Shown: positions 52,059 through 62,020 of the stretch, piece after piece
Layout: each line of letters opens with the position of its first letter
Position numbering within the stretch: position 1 is the first letter of the stretch
Origin: a bacterium
Lineage (GTDB): Bacteria; Chloroflexota; Dormibacteria; Aeolococcales; Bog-877
NCBI GenBank assembly: GCA_021801645.1
Contig: JAJYXT010000065.1
Span: 7,501-71,500 of the forward strand
DNA length: 64,000 nt
Direction: 5' to 3'
Translations under genes and position numbers: made by a program
The notes under the pieces: model-generated
Told to the model about the DNA's origin: nothing
Database searches by the model: none
What the model saw: only the letters and a program-made list of their open reading frames with translations

Positions 52059-52652
52059 CTACCTCGGCTCCGGCGCCAGGTCGGGGACCAGCTGGTCCGC
52101 CTCGATCCAGCCCTCCTCCGACTCCTCGCCTGCCAGGGCCCGAACCCGCACCCAGCGGCCCCTCTGCTCCAGGGACTGCAGGGGGGAGGCGGGCCGGACC
52201 GCCCGGCCTCTCTCGGACAGAAGGTCGGGCTCACGGTACAGGGGATAGCCGGTGCCGGCCCAGCTCTGCACCAGGGTGCACCCGCCCGGGGGGATCGCCC
52301 GGAACCGGTAGACCGTCGCCCGGTCCCTCTCCCCCAGGGTGAGCAGCCGGATGAGGTTGCTCGCCCTCAGAAGGGCACTTCGATCTCCCACCGCCGTCAT
52401 CCGCACCTCGGTGCCGGCATCTGTGGGCCGGCACTCGATGCGCACCCGGTTCTTCGGATAGGGGATCTGCCGCCACTGACCGAAAAAGCCGTTCATGCGG
52501 TCCTGCACCACCTCGGCGGTGTGGTCATCGACCACCCTGAAGGTGTAGGGGGGCAGGGCGGCCACCTGTTCGGCGGTGGCGAACACCTCGCGCGGGGCGG
52601 CGAACACGGTCGCCGTCCAGGAGTCCTTGCGTTTGCGGCCGAGGATCTGCAC
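52059..52652 (-). CDS. Hypothetical protein with probable C-terminal SH3b-like domain
   Basis: GTG 7 nt after TAGAAT; C-terminal pattern EQRGRWVRV...EGWI. Confidence 0.7.
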   Translation of the reverse strand: MQILGRKRKDSWTATVFAAPREVFATAEQVAALPPYTFRVVDDHTAEVVQDRMNGFFGQWRQIPYPKNRVRIECRPTDAGTEVRMTAVGDRSALLRASNLIRLLTLGERDRATVYRFRAIPPGGCTLVQSWAGTGYPLYREPDLLSERGRAVRPASPLQSLEQRGRWVRVRALAGEESEEGWIEADQLVPDLAPEPR

Positions 52653-52719
52653 GTCTCAGATTCTAGGGGGCGGCCACCGCCGCGAACGGAGAGCGGGCGC
52701 CCCAGGCGGTTGCCTACGG

Positions 52720-52848
52720 GGACTGATGCGTGCAACGCCGGGGTATCGAAAGGATCTCAACAACCCGGACCTGTACCTCTCGGCGGACCGGTATCATCGG
52801 GCCGAATGCCGTCTTTTGATCTGATAAACCGGGAGCAATGACGAGTCA
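52720..52848 (-). ncRNA. Candidate structured RNA (irregular rod, 6S-like?)
   Basis: Lower-GC intergenic stretch with nested complementary blocks GACT/AGTC, CCGG-TATC/GATA-CCGG, GATC/GATC, GGCCCG/CGGGTT, TACC/GGTA; no family motif recognised. Confidence 0.25.
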
Positions 52849-53886
52849 GGTGAGGAGCGGCCGCCGGGCCAGGAGGATCCGCTCCAGGCCGGCCAGGGGG
52901 CGGTCCAGGGGTCCGAGCCAGGGGGCCCCCTGAAGGCCGGAATGCTCCTCCAGGCGCCCACCCCACCTGGTCTTGAAGACCGCATACCCAGGTCCCGGAT
53001 CCCCCGGAGAGAACCGGCTCGGCACCCCCCACATGTCGTACAGGCTGCACCCGCGCTCCCGTCCCCAGCGGATGGCCGCCCAGTGGACGGCGTACATGGC
53101 GCGGTGCGGCCCGGGTTCGCTGCCCCCGTACAGGTACGCCAGCCGGGGGCCGCAGGCGGCGACGACCGCCGCCGCCAGGGGTCGCCCCTCCTGAGTGGCC
53201 AGCACCACGCAGGCGTCCAGGCCGGCCACGACGGCCTGGTAGTAGGCCAGGGGCCGCGTCTGGAAGCGCTGGCGCGCTACCGTCGCCAGGTGGAGGCCGT
53301 AGAAGGTCTCCACGCCCTCCCCGGCCACGCTCGCCACGGTGACCCCGGCCCTTTCCGCCAGCGCGATGTTCCGGCGAGTGGACGGCGGGAGGCGGCGCCG
53401 GACCTCATCGTCGCTGCCACTGATGTCCACCAGCCAGGTCCGGCGGTGCTGGATGTCGAAGGGCATGTTGCGGAGCCTCAGCCGGCGCCGGAGATCGTTG
53501 CCGGCCGCGGGCCACTCCGGGTCCAGCCGGAGAACGACGACTCCGCGGCGCACGAGGCGCGAACGCGCACCGCGGAGAAGCGCGAGCGCCGCCAGGTCAT
53601 CATCGAGGCTGGCCAGGGCCGGACCCCGCGGGGCGTATCCCCAACGAATATGGGGGGGGCCAACCGGCCGGTGGAGAAGCTGGAGGACACCCCGCCAGCC
53701 GGGGTCGCCCGGTTCCTGGGCCACCAGGCGGGTCACCTCCCATCCGAACTGACGGCGGATCTCACCCCACCCCCAGCTCTGGAGCAGTACTCCGCCGCAG
53801 CCCTCGCCCACGAAGCGATCCCATTCGTTGCGGTCGGCCGGGCTCGCCTCCCGGACCCGGAGCGGGGCGGACGGAGGGGCGTGCAC
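52846..53886 (-). CDS. FemAB/FemX-family peptidoglycan bridge aminoacyltransferase
   Basis: LQSWGWG, YAPRGP, TRRNI..AER.GV, YLYGGS, YDMWG, FKTRWGG. Confidence 0.9.
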   Translation of the reverse strand: MHAPPSAPLRVREASPADRNEWDRFVGEGCGGVLLQSWGWGEIRRQFGWEVTRLVAQEPGDPGWRGVLQLLHRPVGPPHIRWGYAPRGPALASLDDDLAALALLRGARSRLVRRGVVVLRLDPEWPAAGNDLRRRLRLRNMPFDIQHRRTWLVDISGSDDEVRRRLPPSTRRNIALAERAGVTVASVAGEGVETFYGLHLATVARQRFQTRPLAYYQAVVAGLDACVVLATQEGRPLAAAVVAACGPRLAYLYGGSEPGPHRAMYAVHWAAIRWGRERGCSLYDMWGVPSRFSPGDPGPGYAVFKTRWGGRLEEHSGLQGAPWLGPLDRPLAGLERILLARRPLLT

Positions 53887-53942
53887 ACGGGGGATTATCC
53901 GGGCGGAGCGCCAGCCCGGGGCGGTGTAAGATGAGGTAGGCC

Positions 53943-54722
53943 ATGCGCCGCTCTTCAGTCGCCGGGGCGATCTGCGGGGCGGGAGTTGGGGGGCTCCTTG
54001 CCCATTCCACGGTGCTGGCGGCCAGCCCGGCGCGGGCCAGTCATCTGCTTCCCACGCAGCTCAGTGTGCTCGCCGACCCCACCCTGGCGTTCGGACTTCT
54101 GCTGCTGGCGCTGCTGGGGCTCGGATTGGAAGCCATGCATCCCGGCGCGATCGTCCCCGGGACCGTGGGCATACTGTCCGGAGTGTTGGCGGCGGCCGCG
54201 CTCCTCGATCTCCCCCTCAACCTTCTGGGGCTGGTCCTCGTGGCTGTCGCGGCCGGACTCTTCGTACTGGACCTCGGGGCGCAGAGCCACGGGGTGCTGA
54301 GCGTGGCGGGGATGGCCGCCGCCGGTGCCGGGGGCTGGCTACTCTTCCGGGGACCTGGGGTCGACCCGGTGGCGCTGGTGGCACTCCCGGTTGCACTAGG
54401 CGCGATCTGGCTCTGGCTGAGCGCCCGCGCCATGGAGGTCCGCCGGCGCACCTACCCGGCGGTACCCCAGGAGCTGCTGGGGCACCTCGGGCTGGTCGTC
54501 GAACAGCGAGACGGAGGGGCCGTGGCCAGGGTGGACGGCGAGCTCTGGCGGGTGGTGGAGCGAAGTGGACATCCCCTGGGGGTGGGTGACGAGGTTGAGG
54601 TGCTTGCCCAGGACGGGCTGACATTGATCGTGCGCCAGACGGCGGCGGGTGAGGGGCCTCAGCCCTCCCGGGACCGGCGGCTGGGAGCTGAGGCGACTAG
54701 CTCGCATAGGAGTAGGACATGA
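53943..54722 (+). CDS. nfeD: NfeD-family membrane protein
   Basis: [10 protein letters not shown] bundle and C-terminal OB fold (VDGELW, DGLTLIV); next to the SPFH gene. Confidence 0.85.
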   Translation: MRRSSVAGAICGAGVGGLLAHSTVLAASPARASHLLPTQLSVLADPTLAFGLLLLALLGLGLEAMHPGAIVPGTVGILSGVLAAAALLDLPLNLLGLVLVAVAAGLFVLDLGAQSHGVLSVAGMAAAGAGGWLLFRGPGVDPVALVALPVALGAIWLWLSARAMEVRRRTYPAVPQELLGHLGLVVEQRDGGAVARVDGELWRVVERSGHPLGVGDEVEVLAQDGLTLIVRQTAAGEGPQPSRDRRLGAEATSSHRSRT

Positions 54723-55579
54723 GCGGAGCGCTGGCCGCCCTGGTGGTGGTCCTGATCGTGGTGGTCTTCTTCGTGCTGCTGGCATTCGCCACCGGCTTCC
54801 GGGTGATCAATGAGTACGAGCGAGGGGTAGTCCTCCGACTCGGGCGGCTGATCGACGTCAAAGGACCGGGACCGCGCCTGATCATCCCCTTCGGCATCGA
54901 CCGCATGATCAAGGTCGACCTGCGGACGGTGGTGCATGAGGTCCCGGCACAGGACGTCATCACCAGCGACAACGTGACGGTCCGGGTCACGGCGGTGGTC
55001 TTCTTCCGGGTGGTCGATGCCCGGGACTCCTTCGTGAAGGTGCGGGACTACATGGGGACGATCTCCAAGACCGCCCAGACGACCCTGCGCTCGATCCTGG
55101 GGCAGTCCACCCTGGACGAGCTGCTGAGCCGGCGGGACAAGGTGAACGCGGAGCTCCAGGCGGTGATCGATGAGCAGACCGAGCCCTGGGGGGTGAAGGT
55201 GACCGCGGTCGAGGTGAAGGACGTCGACCTTCCCCAGTCGATGCAGCGGGCCATGGCTCTTCAGGCGGAGGCGGAGCGCGAGAAGCGGGCCAAGGTGATC
55301 CGCGCCCAGGGAGAGCTGCAGGCGGCGCAGACCTTGGCGGACGCCGCCACGGTGATCGCCTCCCAGCCGGCCACCCTCCAGCTGCGCTACCTCCAGACCC
55401 TCTCGGAGATCGGCGCCGACCAGAACACGACCGTGGTGTTCCCACTGCCCCTGGATCTCATCGAGCCGTTCTTCAAGCTGCGGGCCGGGGCGGGGTCCGT
55501 CAACGGCCATGTCAAGGTGGCGCTGCCCGCCGAGGACCTGGTCGGAGCGGGGGAGCCCGAGGCGGGCCCGGAGGGCTGA
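54719..55579 (+). CDS. SPFH/stomatin (slipin) family protein
   Basis: [49 protein letters not shown]. Confidence 0.95.
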   Translation: MSGALAALVVVLIVVVFFVLLAFATGFRVINEYERGVVLRLGRLIDVKGPGPRLIIPFGIDRMIKVDLRTVVHEVPAQDVITSDNVTVRVTAVVFFRVVDARDSFVKVRDYMGTISKTAQTTLRSILGQSTLDELLSRRDKVNAELQAVIDEQTEPWGVKVTAVEVKDVDLPQSMQRAMALQAEAEREKRAKVIRAQGELQAAQTLADAATVIASQPATLQLRYLQTLSEIGADQNTTVVFPLPLDLIEPFFKLRAGAGSVNGHVKVALPAEDLVGAGEPEAGPEG

Positions 55580-56292
55580 GCCCGCCCCCCTCCGCCGCGC
55601 GCCGCTTCCTTCTGCTGGGCTCAGGTGAATTCGAACCCTGGGCCGAGGAAGTGGAACGCCAAGCGCTCGATGGAGCCGGCGGTGACGGCACCGTGGTGGT
55701 GCTGGCCACCGCCAGCGCTCCCGAGGGGGAGGCGGTCTTCTCCCGATGGGGGCGGGCGGGAGTGCAGCACTTCGAGGGGCTGGGGCTTCCGACCCGGGCC
55801 CTTTCGGTGCGCGCTCGCGAGGATGCCCAGCGCCGCGAGATCGCGGACGCGGTGGCCCGCTGCAGCCTGGTCTTCTTCTCGGGCGGAGACCCGGGTCACC
55901 TGAATCGGACTCTCGCCGGGAGCCTGTTGCTCTCCGCCATCAGCGATCTGCTGGAGGCCGGCGGGGTGTACGGCGGCTGCAGCGCGGGCGCCATGGTGGT
56001 GGGGGAGCCGGGGCAGTCTGGCGGCCGCTTCTCGTTCGGTTCGGGGCTCGGCCTGCTTCGCCGGGAAGTCTTCGGGGTCCATTGGGACGCCACCTTCGCC
56101 GCGCCCTGGAGAGCGATCCTGAGATCACGGATCCCCTCGGGTTGCCGGCTGATCGGAATCGCCGAGCGCAGCGCCGTGCTCGGCGGAGAGGGCGGCTGGA
56201 GGGTTCACGGGAGCGGGCGGGTCGAGGTGCGGGACGGGGCGGGGGCGAGGTGGTTCTCGGCGGGGGAGGACATCCCAGGCCACCCGGGCTGA
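55576..56292 (+). CDS. Peptidase S51/cyanophycinase-like protein; CTG start inferred
   Basis: FLLLGSGEF (upstream of the first GTG at 55651), TASAPEG, FSGGDP, GCSAGA, HWD; CTG overlaps the SPFH stop. Confidence 0.82.
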   Translation: MSPPPSAARRFLLLGSGEFEPWAEEVERQALDGAGGDGTVVVLATASAPEGEAVFSRWGRAGVQHFEGLGLPTRALSVRAREDAQRREIADAVARCSLVFFSGGDPGHLNRTLAGSLLLSAISDLLEAGGVYGGCSAGAMVVGEPGQSGGRFSFGSGLGLLRREVFGVHWDATFAAPWRAILRSRIPSGCRLIGIAERSAVLGGEGGWRVHGSGRVEVRDGAGARWFSAGEDIPGHPG

Positions 56293-56300
56293 GCCCGCGG

Positions 56301-56316
56301 TGTTTCACGTGAAACA
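56301..56316. promoter_or_regulatory. parS: parS centromere site
   Basis: TGTTTCACGTGAAACA, the perfect consensus palindrome, directly upstream of parA. Confidence 0.95.
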
Positions 56317-56338
56317 GACCCCCGCCTATACTGCCCCC

Positions 56339-57121
56339 ATGTCCCGCCCTCGCATCATCACCGTGTGCAACCAGAAGGGTGGGGTGGGGAAGACCACCAC
56401 CGCCATCAACCTGGGGGCAGCCCTGGCGGAGCGGGGAATGCGGGTCATGCTGGTGGACAGCGACCCCCAGGCCAACGCCACCTCGGGCCTGGGGGTGAGC
56501 CCGAGTTCGCTCTCGGCGTCCGTGTACGACGTGGTGGTCATGGGGCGGCCGCTCAGGGAGGTGGCCGTCCCCCTGGAGCATGTTCCGGGCATGACCCTCG
56601 TTCCGGCCTCCGTGGAGCTGGCCGGGGCGGAGCTGGAGCTGGCGGATCTCCCTCTTCGCGAGTCCCGTCTTCGACTCGCTCTCGACGGGCTGGACGAGTT
56701 CGATTATGTCTTGGTCGACACCCCGCCATCTCTCGGGCTGCTCACCGTGAACTGCCTGGTGGCGGCCGACCGGATGCTGATCCCGCTGCAGTGCGAGTAC
56801 TTCGCACTTGAGGGGCTCACCCTCCTGACTCGCACCCAGGCCATGGTGCGGCAGTCGCTCAATCCCTCCCTCTCCCTCGCCGGAATCGTGCTCACCCTCT
56901 TCGACCCCCGCACGGTACTCAGTGCCCAGGTGGTGGCGGAGGTGCGCCGCCAGTTCGGGGAGCAGGCGTTCGCGACGGTGATCCCCCGCTCGGTCCGGCT
57001 CTCCGAGGCCCCCAGCCATGGGCTGCCGATCACCCAGTACGAGCCGTCGGGACGAGGCGCCACCGCCTACCGCGCCCTGGCGGAGGAGCTGGTAATGCGA
57101 AGCAGCCGGGTGGCGGCGTGA
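56339..57121 (+). CDS. parA: Chromosome partitioning ATPase ParA/Soj
   Basis: NQKGGVGKTT, DSDPQANAT, DTPPSLG, QCEYFALEG, RLSEAPSHG. Confidence 0.96.
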   Translation: MSRPRIITVCNQKGGVGKTTTAINLGAALAERGMRVMLVDSDPQANATSGLGVSPSSLSASVYDVVVMGRPLREVAVPLEHVPGMTLVPASVELAGAELELADLPLRESRLRLALDGLDEFDYVLVDTPPSLGLLTVNCLVAADRMLIPLQCEYFALEGLTLLTRTQAMVRQSLNPSLSLAGIVLTLFDPRTVLSAQVVAEVRRQFGEQAFATVIPRSVRLSEAPSHGLPITQYEPSGRGATAYRALAEELVMRSSRVAA

Positions 57122-57993
57122 GCAAGCGCCGGGGCCTCGGCCGGGGGCTGGAGCAGCTGATTCCCACCGGCTCACCCGGGCTGGGAGGGGGGGGAGCCTC
57201 CTCCCCCACCAGGGAGATACCCATCTCCGAGATCGCGCCCAACCCCCTGCAGCCGCGCAGCACCTTCGACCCCGCGACCCTGGAGGCGCTGGCGGAGTCC
57301 ATCCGGGAATACGGCGTCCTCCAGCCGCTGGTGGTGGAGGCCGCGGATGGAGCCTACCGGCTGGTCGCCGGTGAGCGACGCCTCCGGGCCTCCCAGCTCG
57401 CCGGACTTGAGACGGTCCCGGTGGTCGTGCGTCCTGTGGGGCCAGAGCGCTCCCGGCTGGAGATGGCGCTGGTCGAGAACCTGCAGCGCAGCGACATCTC
57501 CGCTCTGGATGAGGCTCGGGCGTTCACCCGCCTCTGCGACGAGTTCGGCCTCACCCAGGAGGACGTGGCCCAGCGGCTGGGACGGAGCCGGTCCGCGGTG
57601 GCCAACACCATGCGCCTGCTCCAGGCCAGCCCCGAGGTGCAGCGCGCTCTGGAGCGGGAGCAGATCTCGCCCGCCCACGCGCGGGCCCTGCTGGCGGTCA
57701 CCGACCCGGCCCTCCAGGCCAAGACCCTGCTCCACGTCATCGCCCGCCGGCTCTCGGTCCGGGAGACGGAGAGGCTGGTGGGACGGCTCGGGCAGCGGCG
57801 CGAGCCGCCGCAAAAGCCGGGAAAGGCGGCGCAGGAGTCCGAGCTCCGAGCGCTCGAGACCGCCATCGCCCGAAGGTTGGGAACCAGGGTGCGCCTCACC
57901 CAGGGAGCGCGCGGCCGTGGCCGGATTCTCATCGAGTACTTCTCCTCCGAGGAGCTTTCTGGCATATGCGAGGCGCTGGGGGTCGAGCTCTAG
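57118..57993 (+). CDS. parB: Chromosome partitioning protein ParB/Spo0J
   Basis: GLGRGL, NPLQPR, AGERRLRA, ENLQR, HTH RSRSAVANTMRLL. Confidence 0.96.
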   Translation: MSKRRGLGRGLEQLIPTGSPGLGGGGASSPTREIPISEIAPNPLQPRSTFDPATLEALAESIREYGVLQPLVVEAADGAYRLVAGERRLRASQLAGLETVPVVVRPVGPERSRLEMALVENLQRSDISALDEARAFTRLCDEFGLTQEDVAQRLGRSRSAVANTMRLLQASPEVQRALEREQISPAHARALLAVTDPALQAKTLLHVIARRLSVRETERLVGRLGQRREPPQKPGKAAQESELRALETAIARRLGTRVRLTQGARGRGRILIEYFSSEELSGICEALGVEL

Positions 57994-58000
57994 CCCCGTA

Positions 58001-58016
58001 GAACAAACGTTTGTTC
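58001..58016. promoter_or_regulatory. Perfect 16-bp palindrome resembling overlapping Gram-positive LexA boxes
   Basis: GAACAAACGTTTGTTC, 7 nt after the parB stop. Confidence 0.45.
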
Positions 58017-58207
58017 GCTGGGCCACTCCCTTTCTCGCGAACCCCTCATGCCGCTCCGTGGCGGGAAGGCCGCCCCCGCAGGGGCTCTGCCTCAGCGTCC
58101 CGCTGGATCGGCAGTACGCGCCCCTGGAGGGGGGCTGGAACACGGTGACCGTCCTCCCCGCCCCAGATCAGTCCGGCGCCTGCGAGGGCGGTTCGTATAC
58201 TGCCGGG

Positions 58208-58972
58208 GTGCTTCAGGGACCCGGCAACACGCCCACGCCGGTCCCCGCCCAGGCCCCCTCCCGGGGTCGGGGATCGCTCCTTCGCGACCTGATCGAAGTG
58301 GTGGCGCTGGCGGCGGTGATCTACCTCCTGATCGCCTTCGCCGTCCGCCCGGTCCATGTCGAGGGAACCAGCATGTACCCCGGGCTGCACAACAACGACC
58401 TCCTCCTCACCGAGGAGATCTCGCTCTACTTCAGCGGCCCAAGTCGGGGCCAGGTGGTGATCATCACCCCCCCCATAGCCTCATCCAATGACTTCATCAA
58501 GCGGGTGATCGGTCTGCCCGGGCAGTGGATTCGGATCGCCCCCGACAGCCAGGGTGTGGGGCATGTCTACATCTCCAACTCCCGCCCCACCTCGCCCGGA
58601 GGCGGGACCCAGCTGGTCGAGCCCTACATCAACGGGGTGTGGACCCAGGAGGTGCTCTGCTGCACCAACCAGGGAACGGCCTCGCCCCTGCTCCCGCCGA
58701 CCGGGAGGTGGGCCCACATCCCGGCCCACGATTACTTCGTGATGGGGGACAACCGCAACGTGTCCGAGGACTCCCGGACCTTCGGCTGGGAGCCTCGGTC
58801 CGGCATCCAGGGGATCGCCGTGCTCCGCTTCTGGCCGCTCACCCGCCTGGGTGGCATCCCGGCCCAGGAGCCCACGCTCGCCGCCGTTCTGACCCTCGGG
58901 GCCGTGGCGCCGATGGGGGCCCGCAGGCGGCTCAGGGATAGATCCAGGAGCCGCCCGCGCGCTCCCAGCTGA
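58208..58972 (+). CDS. lepB: Signal peptidase I
   Basis: One [30 protein letters not shown]. Confidence 0.93.
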   Translation: MLQGPGNTPTPVPAQAPSRGRGSLLRDLIEVVALAAVIYLLIAFAVRPVHVEGTSMYPGLHNNDLLLTEEISLYFSGPSRGQVVIITPPIASSNDFIKRVIGLPGQWIRIAPDSQGVGHVYISNSRPTSPGGGTQLVEPYINGVWTQEVLCCTNQGTASPLLPPTGRWAHIPAHDYFVMGDNRNVSEDSRTFGWEPRSGIQGIAVLRFWPLTRLGGIPAQEPTLAAVLTLGAVAPMGARRRLRDRSRSRPRAPS

Positions 58973-59381
58973 CCAGCTCAGAGGGCTGGAAGAAGAGCGA
59001 CACCTCCACCTCAGCTCGGGCCGGGCTGTCCGACCCGTGGACCACGTTCTGCCCTATGTCCACTCCGAGGTCTCCACGGATGGTTCCCGGAGCCGCGGTC
59101 GCCGGGTTGGTCGGGCCCATCATCGAGCGCACCAGGCTCACCACGTTGGGCCCCTCCCAGACCATGGCCACCACGGGGGACGAGGAGATGAAATCGATCA
59201 CCGCCCCGAAGAAGGGACGCTCGCGATGCTCGGCGTAGTGGCGCTCGGCCAGCTCCCGCTCCACCGCCATCAGCTTCAGCCCCACCAGATGGAGGCCGCG
59301 GCGCTCCAGCCTCCCGATCACCTCACCCACCAGCCCGCGCTGCACCCCGTCCGGCTTGATCAGCACAAGGGTCCGTTCCAC
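58932..59381 (-). CDS. ndk: Nucleoside diphosphate kinase
   Basis: [31 protein letters not shown]. Confidence 0.97.
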   Translation of the reverse strand: MERTLVLIKPDGVQRGLVGEVIGRLERRGLHLVGLKLMAVERELAERHYAEHRERPFFGAVIDFISSSPVVAMVWEGPNVVSLVRSMMGPTNPATAAPGTIRGDLGVDIGQNVVHGSDSPARAEVEVSLFFQPSELVSWERAGGSWIYP

Positions 59382-59404
59382 CTCATCTCCTCCTGAACTC
59401 GTGA

Positions 59405-60712
59405 TCATTCCTGCACCGCCGCCTCGAGGCCCTCGCGATCTCGGATCGGGCCCACCGCCGCCAGGCGCCAGCTGGAGTGCGCGGGCAACAGCTCTCGCGC
59501 CAGCCCCAACACCTGATCCTCCCCCACGTCGCGGATCCGTTCCACGACCTCCTCGGGGCTGAGGAGGCCGCCCGTGAGCAGGGCCTCGTGCCCCAGGAAC
59601 TCGCTGAGCCCGCCCGAGCCCTCGGTCTGAAGGGCGAGCCGCCCCTCCATCTGAGCCTTGGCACGATCCAGCTCGTGGGGCTCGAGCCCGCGGTCCGCCA
59701 GCCGCCGCAGCTCGGCGAGCGCCGCCCGGGCCCCGGTCGCCGCCTGGTCGGGCCGGGTGGCCAGGTAGATGGCGAAGGCCCCGGAGTCCCGATGCCTGGA
59801 GGTGAAGGAGTGGACGTCATAGGCCAGCCCCTGGTTCTCCCTGAGCTCGAGAAAGAGGCGACTGCTCATTCCCTCTCCGAGAACGGTGTTGAGCAGGTCC
59901 AGCGCCCAGCGGTCCGGGGCCGCGTACGGCGAGCAGCGCGTCCCGAGGAGCAGATGCACCTGCTCGCCGTGGCGCGCGATCAGGCGGGACTGAGAAGGCC
60001 AGCTAAGCGGTGGGGGCGGCCCCCCGTCCCCGCCTGAATTCTCGGGCTCATCCGCCGGCCGGGGAAGCCTGGACTCCAAGCGCCGAAGCACCTCCCGGCG
60101 CGCCCGGGCCGGGGAGATGGCCCCGGCGATCACGACCACCAGCCTGACCGGCCGATAGTTGGCGGCCCGGTAGCCCTCCAGCTCCGGGGCCGCGATCCGC
60201 CGCAGGGAGCGGCGGTTGCCGGCGGGGTCTCGGGCCAGGGGGTGGCCCTCCCAGATCGCCTCGTCGAAGGCCATCTGCACCAGGTCCGCCGGCTGGTCCA
60301 GATACATCTTCAGCTCCTCGAAGACCACCTCGCGCTCTCGCTCCACCTCCGCGGGATCGATCCGCGGGGCCAGCGCCAGCTCGGAGAGCACGTCCAGGGC
60401 GGTTGACAGGTGGCGCCCCGCCACCCTGGCCCAGAAGACCGTCATCTCCTTCTCCGTGCTGGCGTTCATCACCCCGCCCAGCCCCTCTATGGCCGTGGAG
60501 ACCGCCCGGCTGTCCCGGTAGCGGGCGGTTCCCTTGAAGACGATGTGCTCCAGGAAGTGGGAAACGCCGGCCAGCCGGAGGGGCTCGAAGCGCGACCCCA
60601 CCCCGAAGAGAAGGGAAACGGAGACCGAGCTCCTGCCGGGAAGCGGGGCCAGGATCAGCCGCGCCCCGCTGGGCAGCGTCTCCTCCTCCACCCGCAGGGC
60701 CTGGGGTGCCAA
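59405..60712 (-). CDS. M16 (pitrilysin) family zinc peptidase
   Basis: [32 protein letters not shown]. Confidence 0.93.
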   Translation of the reverse strand: MAPQALRVEEETLPSGARLILAPLPGRSSVSVSLLFGVGSRFEPLRLAGVSHFLEHIVFKGTARYRDSRAVSTAIEGLGGVMNASTEKEMTVFWARVAGRHLSTALDVLSELALAPRIDPAEVEREREVVFEELKMYLDQPADLVQMAFDEAIWEGHPLARDPAGNRRSLRRIAAPELEGYRAANYRPVRLVVVIAGAISPARARREVLRRLESRLPRPADEPENSGGDGGPPPPLSWPSQSRLIARHGEQVHLLLGTRCSPYAAPDRWALDLLNTVLGEGMSSRLFLELRENQGLAYDVHSFTSRHRDSGAFAIYLATRPDQAATGARAALAELRRLADRGLEPHELDRAKAQMEGRLALQTEGSGGLSEFLGHEALLTGGLLSPEEVVERIRDVGEDQVLGLARELLPAHSSWRLAAVGPIRDREGLEAAVQE

Positions 60713-60713
60713 C

Positions 60714-61343
60714 TCAGCTGGCCCTCAGCCGTCGCTCGGCGATCTGCGCCAGCTGGACCGCGTACTGCACGTCCATGGTGGCGGCGTTGCCGGCGGCCAG
60801 CACCACGCCCACGGCGTTGTCCTGGCGCCAGAGAACCACGAAGGAGTCGTACGCCACCCCGTTCAGCTGCTTTTGGATCACGTATCCCAGCACCTCCTGG
60901 CCCACCTGGCCCGTGGAGATGGGGGTCCCGCCGGCGCGGACCAGCCCCTGCCCGAGGAGCGCTAGGCCCTCAGCGGCGCCGGTGGCGGTTCGGAAGAGGG
61001 AGGCGGAGCTCTCGATGACCACCGGCCCCACCGCCTGGACCGGGCTGGCTGCCCGGGAGAAGTCCCTCTCGTACCCGCTGAGGCGCCCAGCTCGGTGGAG
61101 GGCGGAAAGGGTGGCGGCGTCCCCGGCCGCGAGGCGGGAGTTGCTGTAGTAACCGGCCGACGGCGAGTTGGCCTCGACCTCGAAACCCGGGAAGGGGATC
61201 TCCTGCACCGTGAGGGGCAGGTCCTCCACCGGGGTGCGGATCGTCGCCGGAGCCGCTGCGCAGCCCGCCACCGCGCCCGCGGCCAGGCAGCCCAGGAGGG
61301 CGAGCACCGCCGCCCGGAGGGGGAGTTGGCCCCTCAGCTCCAC
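60714..61343 (-). CDS. Hypothetical lipoprotein
   Basis: Signal peptide with VAGC lipobox; coupled to jag. Confidence 0.7.
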   Translation of the reverse strand: MELRGQLPLRAAVLALLGCLAAGAVAGCAAAPATIRTPVEDLPLTVQEIPFPGFEVEANSPSAGYYSNSRLAAGDAATLSALHRAGRLSGYERDFSRAASPVQAVGPVVIESSASLFRTATGAAEGLALLGQGLVRAGGTPISTGQVGQEVLGYVIQKQLNGVAYDSFVVLWRQDNAVGVVLAAGNAATMDVQYAVQLAQIAERRLRAS

Positions 61344-62020
61344 CCGCCCTCGGTGGGCTCTGCCCCTTCGCGGGGGACGGGCCGGATCACCACGTGGCGC
61401 TCGCCGTCCGCACCTTCGCTCTCCGTCGCCACCCCGGGCAGGCCCGCCAGCGCCAGGTGCACCGCCCGTCGCTCGTATGGGGGCATGGGGTTCAGGCGTT
61501 GAGCCCGTCCGGTGCGCACCACGGTCTCGGCGACCCGCTCCGCCATCCGGCTCACCACCTGCTCCCGCCTCTCCCGGTAGTGGGCGATGTCCACGATCAC
61601 CCGCGAGCGACCCGGCTCCGCACCCAGCATCAGGTTGAGCACCGTCTGCAGCGCCCGCAGCGACTCCCCCCTCCAGCCGATGAGCACCCCCAGGTCGTCA
61701 CCCTCGACCTCGAGCACGGTGGGTGGCAGCTCACCGTCCTCGCCGGCGGCCCGCGCCAGTCGAGCCTCGACCCGGGCCTCGATCCCCATGAGCTCGAGGA
61801 GCCGTTGGAGCTTCTCGCGGGCCCCTCGCGCCTCCTGGGGCAGGGGGGTCACCCTCACCCGGGCCATCGCCCCGGTGAGCCGCTCCCCGGCGATCACCGG
61901 GGCCCCCGCGCTCACCACCTCGACCGCCGCCTCGTCCTCCTCGAGCCCGGCCTCGGCAAGTGCGCGGGCCAGCGCCTCCTCCACGGTGGCGCCGCTGGCC
62001 TCATGGGCGGGCTGGTTCAT
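61334..62020 (-). CDS. jag: RNA-binding protein Jag/EloR (KH, R3H)
   Basis: GATVEEAL, LIGWRGESLRALQ, PMPPYERRAVH, TESEG. Confidence 0.93.
   Translation of the reverse strand: MNQPAHEASGATVEEALARALAEAGLEEDEAAVEVVSAGAPVIAGERLTGAMARVRVTPLPQEARGAREKLQRLLELMGIEARVEARLARAAGEDGELPPTVLEVEGDDLGVLIGWRGESLRALQTVLNLMLGAEPGRSRVIVDIAHYRERREQVVSRMAERVAETVVRTGRAQRLNPMPPYERRAVHLALAGLPGVATESEGADGERHVVIRPVPREGAEPTEGGWS

Noticed and set aside
52806-52841. MPSFD similarity to the YajQ N-terminus
   Set aside because: Only five residues match before a stop; likely coincidence.
58932-58972. Convergent 41-bp overlap of lepB and ndk, and smaller ones at 23878 and 26187
   Set aside because: Short tail-to-tail overlaps are common in compact GC-rich genomes.
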